From NCBI GenBank assembly GCA_965644295.1, contig CBFFRP010000288.1, forward strand, positions 558,001 through 622,000: a stretch of DNA of 64,000 nt, read 5' to 3'. The notes under the pieces are model-generated. The model searched no databases. It was not told where the DNA came from and saw only the letters and a list, made by a program, of their open reading frames with translations. The translations under genes and the position numbers were made by a program. Shown one piece after another: positions 11,623-25,752 of the stretch; positions within the stretch are counted from its first letter, which is position 1; every line of letters starts with the position of its first letter. This DNA is from Paraphysomonas bandaiensis. Taxonomy: Eukaryota > Protista > Chrysophyceae.

Positions 11623-11910
11623 TAGTGACTGTCTGATTATTAGCAATAATACGGGTCAGAGCTAATGTTGCAAAACAATTGAACTAACTAGTTTTTAACT
11701 CTGATATTCTACTATATTTGGCGCTACGAATACTGCTTGTGCGTCGCCGCAAGCACCAAGGTTTCACTCTCTGTCCTTAAAAAGTGAACTAGCTCGGATG
11801 CTTGCTATAGCAGGCAGCCCAATACCCCGGATATGCCATTGAGGTGGGCCCATTCTCGGATGCCTGTTTATTCGTCAAGGCCCAAAGACTTCTACACAAA
11901 GTGACACTGG
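11623..11910 (-). mobile_element. Short retroposon body and tail copy
   Basis: Reverse complement of tgtagaagtctttgggccttgacgaataaacaggcatcc...ccttggtgcttgcggcgacgcacaagc...attgctaataatcagac. Confidence 0.7.
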
Positions 11911-12406
11911 TCAGCATGAGTAGCTAATTTAATTGGACTATAATTAGCAATTAAATTGCAATTATAATTGTGCGAACTATAACTAATAATTACTATTTAA
12001 TTGCTCATAAGCATTTGCAATTTTATTGTAATTAATTGTTACGCAGCCCTGCTTAGTGCTTAAAGCAATCGCAGAGACGCAGTGAGCAAAGAAGAATGTT
12101 GATATGTTGGCAGAATGGAAGATGAAAGAAAAAAGAAATTCTTTTACTTTTCCGTCACGTTGTGTTCGTCTGACCACATACTTCAAGTATAATTGGCGTC
12201 GGACTGATACTACCTGCAACTCAAAATCGCCTCCTGTGTTGGAGCTGTATGATGTACTAAAAGTTAAATGGAGTACAAGCCGACAGCAACATTTTAATAT
12301 TGTTATTTCGAAGTTTTAATTCAACTTTATATTTATATTGAAAATTTGAGTTTTATAGAGTAGCTCTCTCTCAAGGAAAGGAAGATTAAAACGCTTCTCT
12401 TTGTAG

Positions 12407-12640
12407 TGGCACCGTTTTGAGGAAGTCAGCAAACTTTATCGCCGTTTTTGTCGCATTGACAACAATGGAGATGGTAAAATAAATCTACAAAAGTTTCACC
12501 ACTACCATGAGTTTAAAGAAACTCCATTTTCGAAGATGGTATTACGTGGCTGTGTGTTGTATCGATGGCTTGTATACGGCCTAGTGCAGGTGTTTTCTAG
12601 GATGGATATCAACAATACGGGTTAAAGAAAACTGGATTCG
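12407..12640 (+). pseudogene. Calcineurin-B-like EF-hand gene fragment
   Basis: EEVSKLYRRFCRIDNNGDGKINLQKF...TPFSKM, then a GT-AG intron at about 12539-12590, then VFSRMDINNTG*. EF-loop position 12 is K instead of E, and there is an in-frame stop. Confidence 0.55.
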
Positions 12641-12827
12641 ACTTCAACAGCAGCTGCGTTGTAAGGCTTTACTCAAAGGAATTGCCTTATACAGTGGGTT
12701 ATTAACACACATTATTTTCTGTTACACAACACGAATATTTGGACGAACTGGACTGCAATATATACAATATATCTCAGTCAACACAATAGGATTAATCACC
12801 CACAACGTATCCAAATGAAGCACAATT

Positions 12828-15800
12828 TCAATAACGGCTCTGATTCTTAAAGTTGAGAGGATCACGAGATTGTGATTCCTCCAACTGTCGAGACCTAGCC
12901 ACTTTTTTCTTGTGAGCAACACGGGCAGCCTCTTCTTCCAGACGGCGTCGACGGATCAAGTCCAGCTTTTTTTCTGCCAGAACTAGCTCAGATTCGAGTG
13001 AGGCTTCCGCAGTCTCAGATGAAAGACCAATGTCTGTTGATGCAGCAGCTGCATTCTCCTTACATGCTTTCACCTCTCGCCTAATAATAACCAGTTCTGA
13101 CGATGGGAATACTTTCATATTTGAGAGCAGTTTCAACTCTTCGATCATCTGCCGCTCGATCCTTTGAGTCATTGAAACAAGATCTACAGCTGACCCAATA
13201 GCGCCGCATACTCTGAAACAGTCACTCTCAGTATATCACACACAGAGAGTATGTGTACATAGTTTAATACCTATCAAATTCTCCCTCATGTCTCCACCTC
13301 GACCATGTCGGCCTTTCCCACATGGATACCACTCGCCAGTGGTCCGAGCTCGCTGATTTTGCCTGAGCTTTCAGTGCAGCCTCCAGTCGCTTCCGAGGCC
13401 CAAGATCTATGCATGTTTTGTGCGTGAATGACGCAACAGTATTACGCAGCTTTCCGTCCCACAGCTCCTGAATCAATGTGGACGATCCACGAATTATCTT
13501 AAGGTCTCGATCACTAGTGTCATTCGGGAGATTGAATGCGGACTTCTTAGGAAGGTATTTCGATGATTCCTTCCCTGTTGGCTTGTCTTTGCCGGTGTTC
13601 TTACCTCTCGCACTATCGAGAAATAGTTTAATATCATAGTGATATCTACAGAGGTACTTGGTGGCCGATTCTTTACAAGCCTCTGCCAAACAAGCCCTCC
13701 ATCTGCACACAGTCGAAAGAATGGGAAGTTCAGACGAAGACCCGTCACCAGACCCCAAAATTCCATCTCTATGTGCGATAAGAATCTGCTGGAAAAGGTC
13801 CATATCAGTTAGCATGCCCCCTTCCTGCCCTGACAAGCCATTCGGTGAGTCGACCTGCAGAACCGCTACTGGTGCTTCCCCAGTGGAAAGATCGCTATGC
13901 ACCTCGCTGTCCACTTGACTGCAATCTCGAAACTGAATCATATAAAACCCTCCTGCAGAGTCAGTGCTCTGGCTACGCCGACTCGCACCGTCACAAGCAG
14001 CACCATCATTGCTCGCATCTATGAATGATATACCCGAAAACTCCTCAAAAAATTCCGATGGTATAAGCGCATAAGAGTGGTGTAAACCTTTGTTGACAGC
14101 ATCATTACCACTTGACATGAAAGTTGTGGTGTCAGGACAGTATGACCACGTCCGCTCCATGGGATTATCTGGCAGCAAATCCAAACAGGAAGCTCTATGC
14201 GCAAAGTGCTGCGGCAGGTGCGAGTCGTCCGATACCGTTCGGACGATTCTTCGTCCACTCCGGCTCACCAGAGTGGCACCATGAGGCCAAAGGTAGGTAC
14301 GAAGTAGCTCTATCGAGCAGGGTACAGATATTGGGAGAATAACTTTCATGTCACCCACTGACATGGGTACAGCACCTCGGGCAGTGGTAATCTGATGTCG
14401 ATTCAGAGAATATCACTTAATAATACTTACAAAATGTTACGTACCTCAGTCTTCGGTAGAACTGCTATGACATAGAGCCTCTCCAGGGGTGGTGGCGTTG
14501 TGCTCGAGCATAGCAATGGAAGAAGGGGGTGTGGACACTGCGATCCAATGGTTCTGATCTGGTCGCTACTAATGCTCCCTTCAGATAAGCGGAACGCACT
14601 TGTTTCCGGGAGATTCATCAGTACAGCAGGGGCGAAATGAAAGTAAGAACTGTTATACACATTCTGCACCTAAAACATACATCACCGTATTACTTCATAC
14701 GATAATATAACAACTGCATTGATAGTGAGAACCTTTATGACATCAGGATACATGGATATCATCTCCGCACAGTGATCCTCGGCCTTCACCACCTTCCTAT
14801 GCTGCGAGAGAGCTGCAACTACTTTAAGTGCACCAGGACCACCTTCCCCTATACATTCTCTAAGCTTACGCACAGATTGAAACCCACTTGTAGAGTTCCC
14901 ATCCAATTCAGATTGCGATCCGTCGTCATGTGACCGCGTGTACATATACTGCACTCTATTAAAAGTCGTGTTAACCTGACATGAATCACAATACCTGTAA
15001 GTACTGTAGCATGAATAAACACTTCTGTTCGGGAGAATCTCTGCTAGAAGCCGCCGGAGCAGCATCAGCGCAAACACCACACGCCACCCTTTCCTCCAGA
15101 CAAAAGTACATAAAGTCGTTATACCCAAAAGCTGTGTGCTGAGTAGCGAACCGCGATGCAAAACTGTCAAACTGATTTATTCTGTCCCGCTTGGGACGGT
15201 GTGTAGAAGGCAACTTATCGGAGTGTGCGGCTAAGAGGGTAAGAGTTCGCTGGGCGACTGGACAATATGCGCACGGCCGCATCCACTCAATGACCGAAGC
15301 CGAAACCAACCCGCAGCAACCCAGTGGCTCCACACGTGGAGTGCGGGAAGTCGTATCCTGCTGATGAAATGAGTGCGCACGACTATGCACAGGAGAAGGA
15401 ATGCCATTACGGGAGGCACTACTACGAGGCCTAGGAGCGTGAGGTGGGGAGGGATATATCATCTGCTGGCATTCCAGTAGTAGGTGCTTCATATCCTCCG
15501 CATTGAAGGCTAGAATGGGGGATGGTGCGCTTGACTGGGTGGATGTTGAAGTGGGCCGAGTCATCGAGTTTCCACCATCATTCCCACGTTTACCACTCCC
15601 ACCTTTGGCTACGTACTTTACCACGGCACATATCACAGGATTTGCCATTTTTTTCGACCGACAAATGCTCTGCAGCAACTGTTGGATGTTCTGGTATTCG
15701 TTTGCATGCCTCCGCGGACATAGCACGCTATATTGTGTCACCATAGTACGCATGGATGTTATGAGTTTTGCACCATCAAGCATGTGCAGTGCCTCATATA

Positions 15801-16281
15801 GTAGTCTGTGAAAGAAGAGTTTCCAACGCATTATGAACACTGACCACACACGATCAATTCTGTTGGCTTGCCGCAAATATACATGACGACGCTTTGCTCT
15901 TAATATCGCCTTTCCGTACTCCCCTAACACTTCAAAAACGAGCTCTCTCATTCTTCTTTCAGCTACAATGTTCTGACAGATTAACTGCCTGAGAGTAAAG
16001 CAATACTGCTGAGAACACTTTTCGATTGCCATTTGTTTCCTGTTCTCAAGTTGCGCGGATATAATCTGAGATTCCTCTAGGCTTGCTGCCAGTCGATTCA
16101 GCACACTTAATCTCAACTTTTTCATATGATTTATCTTTTCTTTACATTCAGCAAGCACGGATTCTTTAGAAGCTTCGAAAGTGAAACCGGGATGCTTTTC
16201 ATTCCGCTTCCGACCATTTTCTAAGCCTTCACTTAGTCGTGACTGCATACACGCAAAAGTACTTCTGAATATATCATCCAT
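12828..16281 (-). CDS. Multi-exon hypothetical protein with N- and C-terminal coiled coils and Cys/His clusters
   Basis: Consecutive minus-strand ORFs (14986-16281, about 14690-14990, 14427-14669, 13264-14364, 12828-13172) separated by intron-sized gaps. CRWRAC...LCRYH is a possible zinc finger. The 5' end is uncertain. Confidence 0.6.
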
Positions 16282-16939
16282 GTCCGTAGTTATCCCTATT
16301 TCTGCTATTATATCACAGTTAAATAATTAAAGGTAGAAAGCCCATCCCGAGTTGGAGTATCAAATACTTCTAAAGGCGTGATACACTTATGATAATCTAT
16401 GTACCTACGCAGATTGATTTTCTTGGTAATTGACAACCTCTACAGGTGAATAAAACAGCGCTCGTTAATAGGACAGTGAGTTGGGATGGTTGTTATGCGG
16501 TCTGGTGCTCGTAAGAGATCCCACAGCAGTAGAGTTTCCAGTTGGAGCTATTTTAAAAGGACCTCCATGCCTGTTGTCTATTGGCATGGCATACTACTCG
16601 TACTCCGCCGTACTGTCCTGTATTTCTACAACTAGAGCTCAGAACTCCAAACCCTTAAACATATACACCGTTGTATTCAGAGGAATACAATACCATACAG
16701 ACGTATCAAATATGTACGGATGTGACAATCACCTGTACGTAGTGTTATATACTGAGTGCTGGGTTGTGCTCAACCAAAAGGTAGCATTCATGTTGACTAA
16801 CTCATGATGCCGTTGACATGACCACTTGATAGGCATTGACCAGTGTATATTCAGTTATGATTCGATTGATTTAGACCTTCAGTTACAATGTGTTGAAATT
16901 GAAATCTTTGTAAAGATTGTTTGAAATACCTCTCCAGAT

Positions 16940-19900
16940 ATGAGCCACAGAAACTCACAAGGACAGCCATTGTCTTTTTTCTGGGAAAAGAAAACGCATT
17001 CGGGACGGTCAAGGTATGTAAGTATCGTTTATTCTCCTACTTAATGTAAATTTAATGCAAGATTCAATTTACTTCTGCTGGAGTATGGGGAATACTTCTT
17101 CGAAGATTTAAGTGTGTATTTGTACCCTGTGCCCAATGAAAGCCTCGGAAAGGCTTTCCACCAATGCGACGCCCTCAAGATCCAAGGAAGAATGAAATTA
17201 TGCTCTCGATCATTAATATTTGAACCTAGTGATCAACGTAAACCTATCATAAAGTACTTATTTAAAAGATTTCGCAAAGCTGCAGACGCATTTGTCCTCG
17301 ACAAAACTGATCAATTGCACTGCTCAATTGAAGTTTCTGGTTTTTTCTCATTTAAATGTGCAGGGACAGTGGAGATGATGAATAATGGTAAAATTGGACC
17401 TTATCAGTTGGTTGATTTTGCCAATAAAAAAGAAGGGGCGACGATATTGTTCGCTGTTGTTCACTCTGAACTGTCATATGTAATGTCACGTATCAACCAA
17501 CTATACAACATGTACATGTCGACGGAAAGAGATGGCGTTGGTGTTGAGTTCATGTCTATGTTGGCAGCTGCTTCCACTAACTCATTTGACACGTCTCAAC
17601 TTTTAGACTTTCACGAGACTTTTGAACTACAGCAATCCGTACCCGTCAAGAAGATTCGTCCATTGATAGTCAACCCCGGGTGTCTTATGGTCACTGATAA
17701 GCGCGTGTACTTTCAACCAGCCCAGCTTAATAACGTTGGTGACCCTGTTGAACATTATGATTTCAAGAAGATATCTCGCATCTACAAACGCCGCTACCTA
17801 CTGCGACACACAAGTTTGGAGCTGATACTTGTTGATGGAACAAGTGCATTTTTCTGTTTCGAGAGCCGGCGTAGTAGAGATCAGATCCATGATCTATTAT
17901 TTGAAATACTCGTGGGTAGTCACACCTCCAAGCGCCGAGGGAGTCTGAATGTTCAAAGGCTTTCCCTGGAGCACGTCGTCAGGCAGTGGCAGAGGCGGGA
18001 AATATCGAATTTTGAATACCTGATGTATCTGAACAACGAAGCGGACCGATCGATGAATGACCTCACCCAGTACCCAGTTTACCCTCATATCATACAAGAT
18101 TACTCATCTTCCACACTAGACTTGAAAAATCCTTCCACTTTCAGAGACCTATCGAAGCCTATTGGTGCTCTCAATGAGGCTCGATTGGAACACTTCAAGC
18201 AGCGATATCATACCATGCCAGCGCGGGATGACAGTCAGGGCATCCCCCCTCCCTTTCTGTATGGCACGCACTATTCGACACCTGGATATGTTTTGCATTA
18301 CCTTGTGCGTGTTGCGCCAGAGTATATGCTCTGTTTGCAGAATGGCAAATTCGATGCGCCAGACCGATCCTTCTTATCCGTACGGGACAGCTGGGAGTCA
18401 TGCCTGAACAATCCGGCAGATCTGAAGGAACTCATTCCTGAGTTCTTCGTTGGAAATGGAGATTTTCTGGCTAATAATGACGATCTGGATTTGGGGCATC
18501 GACACAGCGGAGAACGTGTGAATGACGTGGACCTTCCTCCGTGGGCAAAGAGCCCACGAGACTACATTCGTAAACACGCGAAAGCGCTTGAGAGCGAGTA
18601 TGTGTCGGCCCATCTGCACGAGTGGATTGACCTTATCTTCGGATATAAGCAACAAGGAGAGGCTGCCAAAGCTGCGGACAATGTATTTTACTACTTAACA
18701 TATGAAGGTGCGGTTGATCTAGAAAAAGAAACGGATTCGCGCCGCCGACGTGCTTTGGAAATGCAAATTCAAGAGTTTGGTCAGACTCCGAAGCAGCTCT
18801 TTGCTGGGCCTCATCCTGTACGTGGCGACCACGCCGCAGAGGTGGTGTTGTGTGAGGATGTTGCCCCTAAGGAGGATCAGGTTTGCAAATATTCAACTGA
18901 GAAAAACGAAATTGGTACAAACAACGGCTCCTGTGTGCAACGAGAGGTGCGAAGAATACATGAGACAGAGAAGTATTCATCCGTTCGTCAGGACCCTTCG
19001 TCTCACATCTCTTCCTCATCAGCTTCGAAAGTTCTCGGGGATGATGTGATGCATGTGGTATTGAGTGAAGCGGATAAGATGACGATTTCTTCACCTGCCA
19101 CCCCAAGTAATAAAAGCACGAACTCTGTGGAAAATATAGCGAAACCGCTACCAAAGCCCCCTCCTACATCTGGTGGGTTTGTCGGATCAATTCTTGGGGC
19201 ATTCTCATCTCCTCGCGGCTCCATATTTCGAACTGCTAGTCCACCTTCCTCTCCTCCAGAGGGGTTAAACGAAGGCTCCAACCCAGCAGATATATCACCT
19301 CGAACATCGAAACATCAGATGTCAACAATTGGAATCGGTGCCGGTGCCAGTGCCAGTACGAAATCGCCATCTTCTTTACCCCGCGCCAGCAGCAGTACGC
19401 CACCTTTGGCTCGCCAAGATACTGCAATTAATTCAGTACCCAGCTCCTCTACAGCAACAAAAAAAACTCAAGCAATGGTGAAGAGTATTCGGCCGCTGTT
19501 CCTCTCTCCATTTCCCTGCCACAGTGAGGGGGTCATGGCAATATCTATTGCTGCAGCTGATTCTAGTGTTATTTGCACTTGTTCCAAGGATGCGTACTTG
19601 AAAGTAAGTATATTCAGTGCTTTAATGTGTTGCTGTAGTATTATTTATTCCTCTGCGTCAACTCGCTTGGAATAATCGATGTGGGTGTCAGGTATTCAAC
19701 ATGGATAGCGATGAACGCAAGTACACGGCAACTATATCATCTCGACGAATATTCTCCCCATCTGATCCCAATCCTGTGAGCGCATGCTGTGTCACATCTG
19801 ACGGATATTCTGTTTTCTTCGCTTGCTTCGACAATGCCATATATAGGTACCGACAAGTGGTGATAAATATCTGCCCGAAACTAATATGTGCATTTACAGC

Positions 19901-20749
19901 TACTCTATTACTAATGCCTGTATGTCGGGAAGAATTTTGGCCCATGATGACTGCGTCTCGGCGTTGGATCTAGATACTAGGTACGTTTCGCTCTCGCGGT
20001 GTAATATTTTTATATGATTACTACTGGAATGGCTTAGCTGCTCGTGGATGGTGTCCGGATCGTGGGACACTGCAGTGAAGTTGTGGCGAGTGAACCGAGA
20101 TGGAAGCGAACGTGAAGCCTACCTGGAGCTGTTTGAACATGAAACGTCAGTGGTTTCAGTCGCTGTCAACGACGGCTGCAGTTATGTGGCTGCCGGTGCG
20201 GAGGATGGGTCGCTGGTTGTGTGGGCGATCGACCCTACAAATAGAACGAGTTCTGTTGCATTCACGAAGCTGATTAGCACTGCATGTAGAAGGTAAGAGC
20301 TGTTGCTACAAAGAAATATTTACATAATTTACGTACTTCACATGTACAGACCTGTTTCTTGTGTTAAATGGCTGCCTCCCTGTCACGGGAAGCCTCAACA
20401 GATCGGATTTTCTAGTGAGCGACTGCTGTGCGCGACAGGGGATGGGCTTGTGGTATGTCTTGATGTTAACGGTCGGTTATTCGCTGCAACGAAAGTACAG
20501 TCAGCGGAAGGAGCTTCGATCGGTGTGAACTCATTAGCTATAGATAGCAGAGGTATTGTGTATGGTGGATGCGAGGATGGGTCTGTGAGATCTTGGTGTA
20601 TGGAAAAAGGGTTCCTCAAGGAATTATTAGTACGGGAAAATGTACACGACGGTGGTGTAGCAGCTGTTGCAATCAGTGGTGATAGTAAAACTTTGATTTG
20701 TGGTGGAGAAAATGGTACTATTACTGCTTGGCTAATTGAAACCGAATAA
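16940..20749 (+). CDS. NSMAF: FAN/NSMAF-like protein (PH/GRAM - BEACH - WD40), intact copy
   Basis: N-terminal SRFNLLLLEYGEYFFED across intron 17014-17061. BEACH motifs WQRREISNFEYLMYLN, DLTQYPVYP, YGTHYSTP, ELIPEFF, WIDLIFGYKQQG and FGQTPKQLF. WD40 exons (VSGSWDTAVKLW). Confidence 0.85.
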
Positions 20750-20769
20750 ATAATATAAGTGCATTTCAT

Positions 20770-22182
20770 TGTTTAATATAGCTGAGCAATGTAGCTCAAT
20801 TTAAATTAGACTGAATACGTAATGATTTTATATTTGAGATGTAGTGTATGTACTAACAGAAGTTGACATTATTTGCTAAGGTTTACTATTCTCAACTGAT
20901 AAGATGAAATTATAAACATTACATGATAAAGAACCTAAGTTGTGTTCGATGTGTTCAACACCATTCATTTACTACTATAGTGTACAAACCACACACTCAG
21001 TGATCGTATCCTGTATAGTCACCCACTTCTACTTCAGTTTCATACTACACAATATAATGTACTAATTACATATATATCTTTCGATCCTTGCATCTCACAT
21101 AATACTGCACTCAATTGCAAGTATATAGAATCTTCAGATCTCAACACTCCCCCTCAATTGAGTGTTGTACTATGACGCCTCCCAGCTATTGAATGCCTGA
21201 GATAAAAAAATTCTTGACAGTAAAATATACTCATCTCTAAGTCTAAACCTCTGTCTAAAAAACTCAGTACCAACTTGCGTCTTCTTTTATCTCTTGGTCC
21301 CTCATGAAACACTTCAGTGGAACTCTTAATTTTCTCTCCAAGATTTCTCTTTCTCTGCTCCATATATGATAAACCAACCAATGACTTTGTATAAATATCT
21401 GCTGCTTGTTGCGATGTATGCATATGCACTAACTTAATCGTATTGAACTGATTGGGATCCACGTGCTCTCTCACCATGTGATACGTAATCTCAATGTGCT
21501 TCGACTTCTTGTGAAACACTGGGTTTTCGGCCAAATCCTGGGCACTCTGACTGTCGATGAAGAATGGTGTGGGTTTGATGAGCCTCAACTTAATCTCACC
21601 CGTCACCCCCCGAACCCATAGCACTTCTTGGAGACCCGAGTAAATACACTGATACTCAGACTGCATGCTTGACGTTGCCACTGTCGTCTGCAGTTTCGAC
21701 TGCCAGACAACAGGCCCTCCCGCTGCAAACCCAACGTACCCCGACGTGGACTTCCTGGAGAGCTGGTCTCCCGCCCAATCCGCGTCAGTAAACATATGGA
21801 AGTCGAACCGTCTACTCCCATATTGAACCCCTTTGTCAATAGAACCACGAATATATTGCCATACGTGTGTTAATAGCTTGCATACTTCAATATTCACCTT
21901 ATTACTGAACCGAGACAGTACTCCCACTGCATAGGCAATATCCGGCCTCGTGTTCATCGATAGGTATAGTAATGCACCTATCAGCGGCCGATATGGGAAG
22001 TTATCTACTATTAGCTGTTCCTCCTCGGTATGCTCATGCCGCGCCCCTTTTGCCACTAAATCCATTGCTTCCGCCGGTAGAGGACTCTTCCGTACCTTTC
22101 GCGGTGGCCCAAGGTACTTTTCAAACTTTTCTAAGATCTTAGCCGCATATACTGATTGGTCAAGACGAATATACTCTGGCGT
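20770..22182 (-). mobile_element. Ty1/Copia element A, 3' part (RNase H, PPT, LTR), first copy
   Basis: YRPLIGALLYLSMNTRPDIAYAV, FTDADWAGD...RKSTSG and KHIEITYH. PPT gagggggag abuts LTR start TGTTGAG at 21146. LTR about 20770-21146; the distal end is inferred from ...AAACA. Confidence 0.85.
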
Positions 22183-25100
22183 CTCAACTTTTAGACTTTC
22201 ACGAGACTTTTGAACTACAGCAATCCGTACCCGTCAAGAAGATTCGTCCATTGATAGTCAACCCCGGGTGTCTTATGGTCACTGATAAGCGCGTGTACTT
22301 TCAACCAGCCCAGCTTAATAACGTTGGTGACCCTGTTGAACATTATGATTTCAAGAAGATATCTCGCATCTACAAACGCCGCTACCTACTGCGACACACA
22401 AGTTTGGAGCTGATACTTGTTGATGGAACAAGTGCATTTTTCTGTTTCGAGAGCCGGCGTAGTAGAGATCAGATCCATGATCTATTATTTGAAATACTCG
22501 TGGGTAGTCACACCTCCAAGCGCCGAGGGAGTCTGAATGTTCAAAGGCTTTCCCTGGAGCACGTCGTCAGGCAGTGGCAGAGGCGGGAAATATCGAATTT
22601 TGAATACCTGATGTATCTGAACAACGAAGCGGACCGATCGATGAATGACCTCACCCAGTACCCAGTTTACCCTCATATCATACAAGATTACTCATCTTCC
22701 ACACTAGACTTGAAAAATCCTTCCACTTTCAGAGACCTATCGAAGCCTATTGGTGCTCTCAATGAGGCTCGATTGGAACACTTCAAGCAGCGATATCATA
22801 CCATGCCAGCGCGGGATGACAGTCAGGGCATCCCCCCTCCCTTTCTGTATGGCACGCACTATTCGACACCTGGATATGTTTTGCATTACCTTGTGCGTGT
22901 TGCGCCAGAGTATATGCTCTGTTTGCAGAATGGCAAATTCGATGCGCCAGACCGATCCTTCTTATCCGTACGGGACAGCTGGGAGTCATGCCTGAACAAT
23001 CCGGCAGATCTGAAGGAACTCATTCCTGAGTTCTTCGTTGGAAATGGAGATTTTCTGGCTAATAATGACGATCTGGATTTGGGGCATCGACACAGCGGAG
23101 AACGTGTGAATGACGTGGACCTTCCTCCGTGGGCAAAGAGCCCACGAGACTACATTCGTAAACACGCGAAAGCGCTTGAGAGCGAGTATGTGTCGGCCCA
23201 TCTGCACGAGTGGATTGACCTTATCTTCGGATATAAGCAACAAGGAGAGGCTGCCAAAGCTGCGGACAATGTATTTTACTACTTAACATATGAAGGTGCG
23301 GTTGATCTAGAAAAAGAAACGGATTCGCGCCGCCGACGTGCTTTGGAAATGCAAATTCAAGAGTTTGGTCAGACTCCGAAGCAGCTCTTTGCTGGGCCTC
23401 ATCCTGTACGTGGCGACCACGCCGCAGAGGTGGTGTTGTGTGAGGATGTTGCCCCTAAGGAGGATCAGGTTTGCAAATATTCAACTGAGAAAAACGAAAT
23501 TGGTACAAACAACGGCTCCTGTGTGCAACGAGAGGTGCGAAGAATACATGAGACAGAGAAGTATTCATCCGTTCGTCAGGACCCTTCGTCTCACATCTCT
23601 TCCTCATCAGCTTCGAAAGTTCTCGGGGATGATGTGATGCATGTGGTATTGAGTGAAGCGGATAAGATGACGATTTCTTCACCTGCCACCCCAAGTAATA
23701 AAAGCACGAACTCTGTGGAAAATATAGCGAAACCGCTACCAAAGCCCCCTCCCCTACATCTGGTGGGTTTGTCGGATCAATTCTTGGGGCATTCTCATCT
23801 CCTCGCGGCTCCATATTTCGAACTGCTAGTCCACCTTCCTCTCCTCCAGAGGGGTTAAACGAAGGCTCCAACCCAGCAGATATATCACCTCGAACATCGA
23901 AACATCAGATGTCAACAATTGGAATCGGTGCCGGTGCCAGTGCCAGTACGAAATCGCCATCTTCTTTACCCCGCGCCAGCAGCAGTACGCCACCTTTGGC
24001 TCGCCAAGATACTGCAATTAATTCAGTACCCAGCTCCTCTACAGCAACAAAAAAACTCAAGCAATGGTGAAGAGTATTCGGCCGCTGTTCCTCTCTCCAT
24101 TTCCCTGCCACAGTGAGGGGGTCATGGCAATATCTATTGCTGCAGCTGATTCTAGTGTTATTTGCACTTGTTCCAAGGATGCGTACTTGAAAGTAAGTAT
24201 ATTCAGTGCTTTAATGTGTTGCTGTAGTATTATTTATTCCTCTGCGTCAACTCGCTTGGAATAATCGATGTGGGTGTCAGGTATTCAACATGGATAGCGA
24301 TGAACGCAAGTACACGGCAACTATATCATCTCGACGAATATTCTCCCCATCTGATCCCAATCCTGTGAGCGCATGCTGTGTCACATCTGACGGATATTCT
24401 GTTTTCTTCGCTTGCTTCGACAATGCCATATATAGGTACCGACAAGTGGTGATAAATATCTGCCCGAAACTAATATGTGCATTTACAGCTACTCTATTAC
24501 TAATGCCTGTATGTCGGGAAGAATTTTGGCCCATGATGACTGCGTCTCGGCGTTGGATCTAGATACTAGGTACGTTTCGCTCTCGCGGTGTAATATTTTT
24601 ATATGATTACTACTGGAATGGCTTAGCTGCTCGTGGATGGTCAACTCGCTTGGAATAATCGATGTGGGTGTCAGGTATTCAACATGGATAGCGATGAACG
24701 CAAGTACACGGCAACTATATCATCTCGACGAATATTCTCCCCATCTGATCCCAATCCTGTGAGCGCATGCTGTGTCACATCTGACGGATATTCTGTTTTC
24801 TTCGCTTGCTTCGACAATGCCATATATAGGTACCGACAAGTGGTGATAAATATCTGCCCGAAACTAATATGTGCATTTACAGCTACTCTATTACTAATGC
24901 CTGTATGTCGGGAAGAATTTTGGCCCATGATGACTGCGTCTCGGCGTTGGATCTAGATACTAGGTACGTTTCGCTCTCGCGGTGTAATATTTTTATATGA
25001 TTACTACTGGAATGGCTTAGCTGCTCGTGGATGGTGTCCGGATCGTGGGACACTGCAGTGAAGTTGTGGCGAGTGAACCGAGATGGAAGCGAACGTGAAG

Positions 25101-25732
25101 CCTACCTGGAGCTGTTTGAACATGAAACGTCAGTGGTTTCAGTCGCTGTCAACGACGGCTGCAGTTATGTGGCTGCCGGTGCGGAGGATGGGTCGCTGGT
25201 TGTGTGGGCGATCGACCCTACAAATAGAACGAGTTCTGTTGCATTCACGAAGCTGATTAGCACTGCATGTAGAAGGTAAGAGCTGTTGCTACAAAGAAAT
25301 ATTTACATAATTTACGTACTTCACATGTACAGACCTGTTTCTTGTGTTAAATGGCTGCCTCCCTGTCACGGGAAGCCTCAACAGATCGGATTTTCTAGTG
25401 AGCGACTGCTGTGCGCGACAGGGGATGGGCTTGTGGTATGTCTTGATGTTAACGGTCGGTTATTCGCTGCAACGAAAGTACAGTCAGCGGAAGGAGCTTC
25501 GATCGGTGTGAACTCATTAGCTATAGATAGCAGAGGTATTGTGTATGGTGGATGCGAGGATGGGTCTGTGAGATCTTGGTGTATGGAAAAAGGGTTCCTC
25601 AAGGAATTATTAGTACGGGAAAATGTACACGACGGTGGTGTAGCAGCTGTTGCAATCAGTGGTGATAGTAAAACTTTGATTTGTGGTGGAGAAAATGGTA
25701 CTATTACTGCTTGGCTAATTGAAACCGAATAA
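22180..25732 (+). pseudogene. 5'-truncated, frameshifted duplicate of the FAN/NSMAF-like gene
   Basis: Starts within exon 2. Carries a +2 indel in a C-run (about 23750), a -1 indel in an A-run (about 24050) and an internal 394-bp duplication. Confidence 0.8.
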
Positions 25733-25752
25733 ATAATATAAGTGCATTTCAT

